From NCBI GenBank assembly GCA_965248055.1, contig CBDFIJ010000004.1:1312001-1376000 (forward strand): DNA of 64,000 nucleotides, in the 5' to 3' direction. The translations under genes and the position numbers were made by a program. The first letter of the stretch is position 1. The number at the start of each line of letters is the position of its first letter. The DNA is from Candidatus Multivoradales bacterium. GTDB lineage: Bacteria > Acidobacteriota > Thermoanaerobaculia > Multivoradales > JAHEKO01. The notes under the pieces are model-generated. The model did no database searches. It had not been told where the DNA came from and was given only the letters and a program-made list of their open reading frames with translations. Shown here piece after piece: positions 57,273 to 64,000 of this stretch.

Positions 57273-57882
57273 ATGCGTACTATGGTTTACGTAGATGGAT
57301 TTAACCTCTACTATCGGGCGCTTCGTGGAACCGGGTTCAAATGGCTTGATATCGACAAGCTTTGTCGATCAGTACTGGATCCAGCAAACAAGATCGAAGA
57401 GATCAAGTACTACACAGCTAACATTTCTGGCAAGTTCGACAAAGACGCGCCGACAAGACAGCAGATCTACCTGAGAGCCTTGAGATCAATCCCCAATCTC
57501 ACTATTTACAGGGGCAGATTCCTAACCACAACCTCCAAGGGCCCCTGTGTTTCGCAGCCCTCCAAAATAGGGCACATTTATCGATCTGAAGAAAAGGGCT
57601 CCGACGTTAATCTAGCAGTGCACCTCGTCGCGGACGGGTTCCGTGACGCATACGATGCGGCGGTCGTATTGAGCAATGATACTGACCTCGTTGAACCGAT
57701 TCGACTCGTCAACGAAGAACTGCGCAAACCAGTCGGTGTCATTTGCCCAGCGTCCAAGTGCGCAGGACAACTTGCGCGGACCCGCAGCCTTCGTCCTCCA
57801 CATCTCCAAGCCGAGGCTGCGCCAAGCTCAATTTCCAAAACGAATCAAAGGAACCAATCTAGTTAAGCCGCACCGTTGGTAA
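57273..57882 (+). CDS. NYN (LabA/DUF88, PIN-fold) ribonuclease with a +1 frameshift near the 3' end
   Basis: YVDGFNLYY, EEKGSDVNLA, SNDTDL; family-type ending QAQFP..I....KP..W is in the +1 frame after ~57783. Confidence 0.85.
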
Positions 57883-57918
57883 CTTGATACCCTTCGCCAG
57901 TAGGAAATACAAATTAGT

Positions 57919-59583
57919 CTAGGTCTGCAAAACACCGGTTCTAAACTCACCCAGATGGGCGTTGTGCGCCACCGCCGAGAGCGACTTGGAGATCACTTGG
58001 CGGGTCGAAGCCGGATCGATAATCGCGTCGACCCACAACCGCGCCGCGCCGTAGCGCGGGTCCGCGGCATCTTCGTAGCGTTTACGGATGCGATCCATTA
58101 GATCGTTCTTTTCTTCTTCGCTGACGTCCGCGCCACGGTTCTTGAGTTGGATCGACAATAGGGTCTTGGACGCCTGGTCTCCACCCATCACCGCGATCGA
58201 GGCCGACGGCCAAGCGTAGAGAAACCGCGCGCCATAGGCTTTGCCACACATGGCGTAGTTACCAGCTCCGAAGGAGTTGCCAGTGAAAATCGTAATCTTG
58301 GGCACCACGCTATTGGCCACCGCGTTGACCATCTTGGCGCCGTCTTTGATGATGCCGCCATGCTCGGCGCGGCTGCCGACCATGAATCCGGTCACGTCTT
58401 GCAGAAACAGCAGCGGTATTTTCTTTTGATTGCACAGTTGGACGAAGCGAGCGCCTTTGTCGGCTGCCTCGGAGTAAACCACGCCCCCGATCTGTAGCTC
58501 TTTCTCGCTCGCCTGGGTGCCGGTGCGACGTTCGACGATCGAACGCTGGTTGGCTACGATACCGATCGCCCAGCCATCGATCCATCCGGTTCCGCACACC
58601 AGTGTCCGACCATAGGTCTCTTTGTACTCATCGAACTCCGAACCGTCCAGCAGACGTGCCAGGATCTCCTTGGTCTCGTAGGGTCGAGATCGATCGATTG
58701 GCATCACTCCGATCAGCTCGTCCGGGGACAATAACGGTTCGCTTGGCGCACGACGAGCGAACGGCGCGCGCTCGCTGGCACCCAGCTGGGTGAATTGGCT
58801 GCGAATCTTGGCCAAGCAAGTGGCGTCATCGGGATGACGATGATCGACCACGCCCGAGACATCGCATTGCACTAACGCTCCGCCCAGTTCTTCATTCTCG
58901 ACCTGCTCGCCGATCGCCGCTTTGACCAAGTGCGAGCCGGCTAAGAAAATCGACCCGGTGCCTTCGACGATATGCGATTCATCGCTCATGATCGGCAGGT
59001 AAGCACCACCCGCTACGCAGGGCCCCATGATCGCCGCAGATTGAAAGATCCCTTCGGCTGACAGCCGAGCATTGTTATAGAACGCGCGACCGAAGTGTTC
59101 TTTGTCGGGAAAGATCTCGTCCTGCATCGGCAGGAAAACTCCTGCCGAATCAACCAAGTAGACGATCGGCAAACGATTTTCCAGTGCCATCTCCTGTGCC
59201 CGCAAAACTTTCTTGCAGGTCATCGGGAACCAGGCACCAGCCTTGACGGTGGCGTCGTTGGCGACGATCACCGCATCGCGACCCTCGATGGTGCCAATGC
59301 CAATCACCACCCCGGCAGACGGCGCTCCCCCATACTCAGAGTAGAAACCTTCGGCGGCCCAGATGCCGAACTCCAAGAACGAGCTTCCCGGGTCACACAG
59401 CTGCTCGACGCGCTCCCGCGCCGTCAACTTACCCTTGGACCGATGCTTGGCCATCCGCGCTGCCCCACCACCGAGGCGCAGTTCGGCCTCCCGCTCTTCT
59501 AGTTCATCCAGCGCTTGGCGCCAATGCGCAAGCCGTTGGGCGTATCGCTGATCCTTCTGGATGTTGCTCTCTAGAACCTTCAC
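57919..59583 (-). CDS. Acyl-CoA carboxylase carboxyltransferase subunit (methylcrotonyl-/geranyl-CoA carboxylase beta-like)
   Basis: GKLTARER, ANDATVKAG, LVDSAG..LP.Q, CVAGGAY, QDVTGFMVG..AE.GGI.KDG, GAGNYAM. Confidence 0.92.
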   Translation of the reverse strand: MKVLESNIQKDQRYAQRLAHWRQALDELEEREAELRLGGGAARMAKHRSKGKLTARERVEQLCDPGSSFLEFGIWAAEGFYSEYGGAPSAGVVIGIGTIEGRDAVIVANDATVKAGAWFPMTCKKVLRAQEMALENRLPIVYLVDSAGVFLPMQDEIFPDKEHFGRAFYNNARLSAEGIFQSAAIMGPCVAGGAYLPIMSDESHIVEGTGSIFLAGSHLVKAAIGEQVENEELGGALVQCDVSGVVDHRHPDDATCLAKIRSQFTQLGASERAPFARRAPSEPLLSPDELIGVMPIDRSRPYETKEILARLLDGSEFDEYKETYGRTLVCGTGWIDGWAIGIVANQRSIVERRTGTQASEKELQIGGVVYSEAADKGARFVQLCNQKKIPLLFLQDVTGFMVGSRAEHGGIIKDGAKMVNAVANSVVPKITIFTGNSFGAGNYAMCGKAYGARFLYAWPSASIAVMGGDQASKTLLSIQLKNRGADVSEEEKNDLMDRIRKRYEDAADPRYGAARLWVDAIIDPASTRQVISKSLSAVAHNAHLGEFRTGVLQT

Positions 59584-59594
59584 AAGGTCTCCGT

Positions 59595-59770
59595 GTATTC
59601 AAACGGCACTGTATTCAAATGGCACTGTATTCAAATGGCACTGTATTCAAACGGCACTGTATTCAAACGGCACTGTATTCAAACGGCACTGTATTCAAAC
59701 GGCACTGTATTCAAACGGCACCGTATTCAGGTGGCACCGTATTCAGATAGCACAGCATCCAGGTAGCGCA
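59595..59770. repeat. 16-bp tandem repeat (GTATTCAAAYGGCACT), 8 near-perfect plus 3 degenerate units
   Basis: Units counted directly at a 16-nt period from 59595; no spacers. Confidence 0.95.
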
Positions 59771-59885
59771 AGCCAAGCGGCTAGGTGTCAACAACCGCTC
59801 CGCAATCCAGGGCGTCCCCCTCGGCTGCGGCCAACTGATTATACGGCTCCATCAAAGCTGCTGACGGTTCCCATAGAATGCCGCC

Positions 59886-60131
59886 ATGATGGTTACCGTG
59901 CTTCTCTTCGCTGGACTTCGCGACTCGGTCGGAAGTGACCGACTGGAATTGGAATTGGCTGACGACCTCCTCGTTAACGATCTGTGGTCTGAGATCGAAA
60001 ATCTGCACCCCGCTACCTCCGGCTACCGCGGGCGAGTCGCTTTCGCCATCGGCGACCGCATCGTCTCCGCAGAGTCGCCGTTGGGCTCGGCGGGTGAAGT
60101 CGCTGTCCTACCACCCATTTCCGGGGGTTGA
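59886..60131 (+). CDS. moaD: Molybdopterin synthase sulfur carrier
   Basis: LFAGLRD, EVAVLPPISGG C-terminus. Confidence 0.92.
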   Translation: MMVTVLLFAGLRDSVGSDRLELELADDLLVNDLWSEIENLHPATSGYRGRVAFAIGDRIVSAESPLGSAGEVAVLPPISGG

Positions 60132-60134
60132 GTC

Positions 60135-60569
60135 GTGGCGCGCGTGCTGCTGACCGACCGTTCACTGAACCCTTCTGGAGTGGTTGCCGAAGTCTGTTGT
60201 AAAGCCAACGGTGCGCTGGTTTGCTTCGTCGGTACGGTGCGCGATTCACGCGGCGACGCCAAGGTTACCCATCTGGTCTACCAGGCCTACCAACCGTTGG
60301 CGCGGCCGACGATACAGAAAATCGTCGATGAGCTTCAAGAGCAGCACACCGGCTTGACGCTGGCTATCCACCATCGACTCGGTTGGGTTGGTATCGGCGA
60401 GGAAGCGATAGTGATCGCCGCCTCTTCGCCCCACCGCAAAGCGTCGTTTGATGCGGTTTCGACCGCTCTCGAGAGAGTCAAGCGCGAAGTGCCGATTTGG
60501 AAGTGCGAGCACTTCGCCGACGGTTCCAGTCAATGGCGGGAAGAAGAACCGCTTACTGACTGCGACTAG
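60135..60569 (+). CDS. moaE: Molybdopterin synthase catalytic subunit
   Basis: GA...F.GTVR, L.Y.AY, HRLG, SPHR, K..VPIWK.E. Confidence 0.93.
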   Translation: MARVLLTDRSLNPSGVVAEVCCKANGALVCFVGTVRDSRGDAKVTHLVYQAYQPLARPTIQKIVDELQEQHTGLTLAIHHRLGWVGIGEEAIVIAASSPHRKASFDAVSTALERVKREVPIWKCEHFADGSSQWREEEPLTDCD

Positions 60570-60663
60570 TCAGTGCAACGGGCCAGTGCCACTATTCAGT
60601 GCGACTGGCCAGTTCGACTAGTTAGTGCGACCGTTGGTTCGATTAGCCAGTGCGGCTGGCCAG
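60561..60663. repeat. Degenerate 13-bp tandem repeat (consensus TGCGACTRGYCAG), about 8 units
   Basis: tgcgactagtcag / tgcaacgggccag / tgccactattcag / tgcgactggccag / ttcgactagttag / tgcgaccgttgg / ttcgattagccag / tgcggctggccag. Confidence 0.7.
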
Positions 60664-62091
60664 GGCTGCGACCAATTGCTCATCGGTCACAGCCAATCGG
60701 AGCTGCCAAGCAGCCCAGAAACGGTCCGGGGTGGCGAGATAGGCGACTTCCACATCAGCCGTTGGGTCCAGCGGTTTCCCTTCCGCACGCTCCTGCAAGA
60801 AATCCTTGGACGCTGCTGCATAGCGCGAATCGGTGAGCAACAGATCTACCCACGCCGCCGCCAATTGATAGCGTGCAGCTAAGTTGCCGTTGTAGAACTG
60901 GTTGTCCATCGACAGCACTTCGACCTGCGACATATCGGGGGGCGGATTGGGATGAGCGGAATCGAACTTATGTTCCAAGACTGCGGCGATCCCCTCAGAC
61001 AACCACGGCGGCAACAAAGGCCCGAACGCCCGACGCGCAGTCAAGTGAGCCGCCTCATGAACCAACATCTCACAGACTCTGGCCCCCGGCTCTTGGCCAA
61101 AGAAGGTCGCGGCAAAGCCTTGAAACGGTAACGCAACACCGGCCGGATCACGAGCTGGCAACCGGTCGTCGCCAAGAAATGAGCGATAGGAATCATGAGT
61201 GGAAAAAGCCAGCAGCGTTTCGCGAGGCTGCCAGCGCGGCTTGACTCCGGTGAGAGTGGCAAAATCATGATCCAGATCGGCCAAACGCCCCGAGCACAAG
61301 GCCGCCAACGAGCGGATCCGCGGCGAATCGCCGATCAATCGATAAGGGCCAGCAGCCGCGGCGACTTCAGGCGCTTGAAACGCCGAGCGGGCACGAATCA
61401 TCCTCTCTGCAGAAATTTCTACAGCTTCCAATCCCCGCACCGGCTCGGGTGCAGATCCCAGCGGCGGTTTCCCACCGGTGAACTGGGGCGCTCGCAACCA
61501 CAGCTTGAGATCGCCGTAGATCACCCGCACCCAGTCTTGATCTGCGGTCTGATCGACGGCAAGATTGCCTGCCGTGCTGGTCCTGGCGAACTCCAGACCG
61601 CCGGGCTCCATGAACAGAGGTTGGTCAACGACCACGAAGACTCGTCGCCGTTGGGACGGGTCCGGGTCGTTCAGTGCTGGAGCACCCGCAGCGAGCAGCA
61701 CCCATCCACTGTACCGCCCAACAGCTTGCACCCAATCTCCCCGCCTCTCAACCACCTCCAAGCGGGTTGCAACCGGCAACACTTCAACCACCTCACCCGC
61801 GGGCAACCGGTGAAGCCCAGTTCCGGCATCCAGCCACACGGACACTCCAATCATCTTGATCACATCTTCGGATTCTGCGCTCGCTCCAGAACCATCATCG
61901 AAGCGCAGCTCGATTGATTCCCGATCAAGCCCGGCGACCCACTCGCCGATCAGAGGCCAGTCGCGAGCCGCCAGCGCCCAAGGATGTCGAGGAGTCGTAG
62001 TGACCAACATCAGCAACGCCAAGATCACCACCGGCAGCAACACCAGAATTGTCGTGACTAGGTCGCGAACCCAGAGTTTCCAGTGTCGCAT
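60643..62091 (-). CDS. Membrane-anchored SH3-like plus zincin (DUF1570/peptidase MA-like) protein
   Basis: N-terminal TM, LEVVERRGDWVQ...GWV SH3b-like segments, HEAAH..LPPWLSEGIA. Confidence 0.65.
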   Translation of the reverse strand: MRHWKLWVRDLVTTILVLLPVVILALLMLVTTTPRHPWALAARDWPLIGEWVAGLDRESIELRFDDGSGASAESEDVIKMIGVSVWLDAGTGLHRLPAGEVVEVLPVATRLEVVERRGDWVQAVGRYSGWVLLAAGAPALNDPDPSQRRRVFVVVDQPLFMEPGGLEFARTSTAGNLAVDQTADQDWVRVIYGDLKLWLRAPQFTGGKPPLGSAPEPVRGLEAVEISAERMIRARSAFQAPEVAAAAGPYRLIGDSPRIRSLAALCSGRLADLDHDFATLTGVKPRWQPRETLLAFSTHDSYRSFLGDDRLPARDPAGVALPFQGFAATFFGQEPGARVCEMLVHEAAHLTARRAFGPLLPPWLSEGIAAVLEHKFDSAHPNPPPDMSQVEVLSMDNQFYNGNLAARYQLAAAWVDLLLTDSRYAAASKDFLQERAEGKPLDPTADVEVAYLATPDRFWAAWQLRLAVTDEQLVAALASRTG

Positions 62092-62134
62092 CAGATTATT
62101 TCCTGTGCGTCGCCGTTCATCTCAGAGGCCGGCG

Positions 62135-63307
62135 TCAATAACGCGGCAAGGTCGGGTCAACCTCGACAGACCAAGCGTCGGTCCCGCCGGTTAGATTTCG
62201 CGCGCGCCGGAACCCCAATTGATGCAGATAGCGAACAGCTTGGGCCGAGCGAATGCCGAGATGGCAATAGATCACCCAGTCCGCGTCGCGATCTAGCTCC
62301 TCGGCTCGTTGCGGTAGTTCCTCCAAAGGCATCGCCAAGGCACCCGATAGCCCGCGGAAGCGCTGTTCAAACGCACTACGCACATCGAGCAAACGAATCG
62401 CTTCTCCGGCGTCGAAGCGCGCCGACAATTCGTGCGGACTAATGTCGAACGACAGGGAGCCCTCCAGTTCGTCGGGGTGCTGGTCCGCTAACTCATCTGC
62501 CGACCCGGCCTCCGGATCCGCAGGGCAATGGTCCGAGAGATCCACCAGCTCGATCTCGCCGCGTCGAGAGCAGGCCGGACACTCTGGGTCTCGCGGCACA
62601 GTGACTTCACGAAAGCTCGCGCCCAGGGCGTCGAATATCAGTAAGCGACCGGACAACGGTTCGCCAATCCCCAGCAGCACTTTGAGCACCTCCACTCCCT
62701 GCAAGCTGCCGATCACCCCGGGCACCACCCCGAGCACCCCAGCGTCGGCGCAACTGTCTACCATCCCCGCCGGAGGTGGCTCGGGAAACAGACAGCGGTA
62801 ACAAGGGCCATCACCCAGACCCCACACGGCGACCTGGCCTTCGAATCGATGTACCGCGCCCCAGACGTCGGGCTTTCCCGCCTGCAGGCACGCGTCGTTG
62901 ACTAAATAACGGGTGGAGAAGTTATCACTGCCGTCGGCGACCAAGTCGTACTGCTCGACCAATCCGGCGATGTCTGCGGCAGTGGTTTTGATGCTGTGTA
63001 GTTCCAGGATGACGTGGGGATTGAGATCGCGCAAACGCTCCGCCGCCACCTCGACCTTGGGGCGATCGACGTCCTCGGTGCCGTAGAGAACTTGGCGCTG
63101 CAAATTGCTCTCGGTCACTCGATCGAATTCAACCAGTCCTAGTCGACCAACGCCGGCGGCCGCCAGGTAAAGCGCCAGCGGCGAACCGAGGCCACCCAGA
63201 CCTACCAAAAGTACACTCGCTTGCTGAAGTTTCAGCTGCCCTTGCTCTCCCACTTCCGGCAGAACCAAGTGACGGCTGTAACGAATTTGTTGCTGCGGAT
63301 TCAGCAC
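62135..63307 (-). CDS. moeB: Molybdopterin-synthase adenylyltransferase with C-terminal rhodanese (MoeB/MoeZ)
   Basis: RYSRH, GLGGLG, SNLQRQ, PCYRC, SCADAGVLG, CPAC, rhodanese YCHLGIRS; GGAGG before GTG at 63307. Confidence 0.93.
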   Translation of the reverse strand: MLNPQQQIRYSRHLVLPEVGEQGQLKLQQASVLLVGLGGLGSPLALYLAAAGVGRLGLVEFDRVTESNLQRQVLYGTEDVDRPKVEVAAERLRDLNPHVILELHSIKTTAADIAGLVEQYDLVADGSDNFSTRYLVNDACLQAGKPDVWGAVHRFEGQVAVWGLGDGPCYRCLFPEPPPAGMVDSCADAGVLGVVPGVIGSLQGVEVLKVLLGIGEPLSGRLLIFDALGASFREVTVPRDPECPACSRRGEIELVDLSDHCPADPEAGSADELADQHPDELEGSLSFDISPHELSARFDAGEAIRLLDVRSAFEQRFRGLSGALAMPLEELPQRAEELDRDADWVIYCHLGIRSAQAVRYLHQLGFRRARNLTGGTDAWSVEVDPTLPRY

Positions 63308-63436
63308 CGGAAGACCTCCCACAAAGGGAACTAGGCTAACACCACCCTGGTTGCTCAGACTATGTTTTAGTTGCTCTCGACCTGCGTTCGTATGCTCGGT
63401 ATCCTTCGCCTGGAGACAGCTTTGGAGAAGCAGGGA

Positions 63437-64000
63437 ATGAACGATCGAATTCGCAGCGGCTCGGAACGCGTCCCACCCGGTCAATACCTGACCGACAAGT
63501 GGCCAGTCTTGACCTATGGCGAAATCCCGCAAGTTGAAGCCGCCGATTGGACCCTGCGCATCTTTGGCTCAGTAGAACAAGAAATCTGCTGGTCCTGGGA
63601 GCCGTTCCAGAGTCTTCCCCGTTTCGATCTGACCGCTGACTTCCACTGCGTCACCCGCTTTTCCACCCTCGACAACCCCTGGTCCGGGGTCGCCACGCGC
63701 ACCCTGGTCGCAGCGGTCCAACCCGAACCCAGTGCCACCTTTGTCACCGTCCACTGTTATGGCGGATACACCACCAATCTGCCGCTCGAAGACTTTCTTT
63801 CTGAGCGCGCCCTGGTCGCTGATCGACACGCCGATTTATCGCTTGCTGGAGACCATGGGGGACCAGCCCGACTGATCGTTCCCCATCTCTACGCCTGGAA
63901 GAGTGCCAAATGGGTTTCAGGCATCGAGCTACGAACCGAGAATCAACGCGGATTTTGGGAGAAAGCCGGATATCATTCTTACGGTGACCCATGGAGCGAA
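63437..64000 (+). CDS. Sulfite oxidase-like molybdopterin oxidoreductase (3' truncated by window edge)
   Basis: Manual translation: RVPPGQYLTDKWPVLTYG, DFHCVTRFS, YTTNLPL, HGGPARL.VP.LYAWKSAKW, GFWE..GYH..GDPW; absent from the ORF track because it lacks a stop. Confidence 0.92.
   Translation, partial: MNDRIRSGSERVPPGQYLTDKWPVLTYGEIPQVEAADWTLRIFGSVEQEICWSWEPFQSLPRFDLTADFHCVTRFSTLDNPWSGVATRTLVAAVQPEPSATFVTVHCYGGYTTNLPLEDFLSERALVADRHADLSLAGDHGGPARLIVPHLYAWKSAKWVSGIELRTENQRGFWEKAGYHSYGDPWSE

Noticed and set aside
59595-59770. CRISPR array
   Set aside because: Contiguous 16-bp units with no unique spacers, too short for CRISPR repeats, and no cas genes in the window.
59561-59938. 125-aa repetitive ORF (CIQTALYSNGTVFK)n
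   Set aside because: A by-product of the 16-bp repeat; no RBS, and it overlaps genuine genes at both ends.
63308-63532. N-terminal extension of MoeB in the ORF track
   Set aside because: It overlaps the divergent sulfite-oxidase-like gene; the real start is the GTG at 63307 with a GGAGG RBS.
1-64000. tRNA/rRNA genes, integrase, transposase, prophage
   Set aside because: None was recognised by eye; tRNAscan-SE or Infernal would be needed to exclude small RNAs.

Overview
A gene-dense, fairly GC-rich (roughly 60% by eye) bacterial chromosomal window. The gene repertoire is compatible with an Acidobacteriota-like Gram-negative organism, but this is inference only. (1) 1-11.5 kb is a purine/urate catabolic cluster: allantoinase end, allantoicase::OHCU-decarboxylase fusion, HIU hydrolase, three-subunit xanthine dehydrogenase, a PuuD lacking the cytochrome c domain and a citrate-lyase/aldolase-fold enzyme. 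It is interrupted by a lower-GC island (~3.1-5.6 kb) encoding a 62-aa secreted Cys/Tyr/His-rich microprotein with a perfect histidine triad (HGDHFH) followed by a secreted beta-propeller; this pair is my top candidate for an undescribed system. (2) Housekeeping genes include ada, udk, mutM, holA-like, a LapA-LapB fusion, rlmH, type-2 ileS, PMM/PGM, tdk, an IscA/ErpA-like protein, arfB and moaDE/moeB. (3) Small, probably acquired defence-type insertions are a C5-methyltransferase plus DUF3883 nuclease pair, a TIR gene that looks like an integron cassette with a degenerate attC, and a NYN ribonuclease behind a promoter-leader-terminator. (4) A leucine/isoprenoid catabolic gene set (carboxyltransferase, AtuA pair, enoyl-CoA hydratase) is broken up by insertions, including duplicated XRE-RHH regulators. 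(5) Non-coding structure includes a 16-bp tandem array, a 13-bp degenerate array and a nested REP-like palindrome. Several genes carry frameshifts or in-frame stops. No rRNA, tRNA, CRISPR array, integrase or transposase was recognised. All protein calls come from motif recognition, not database searches.
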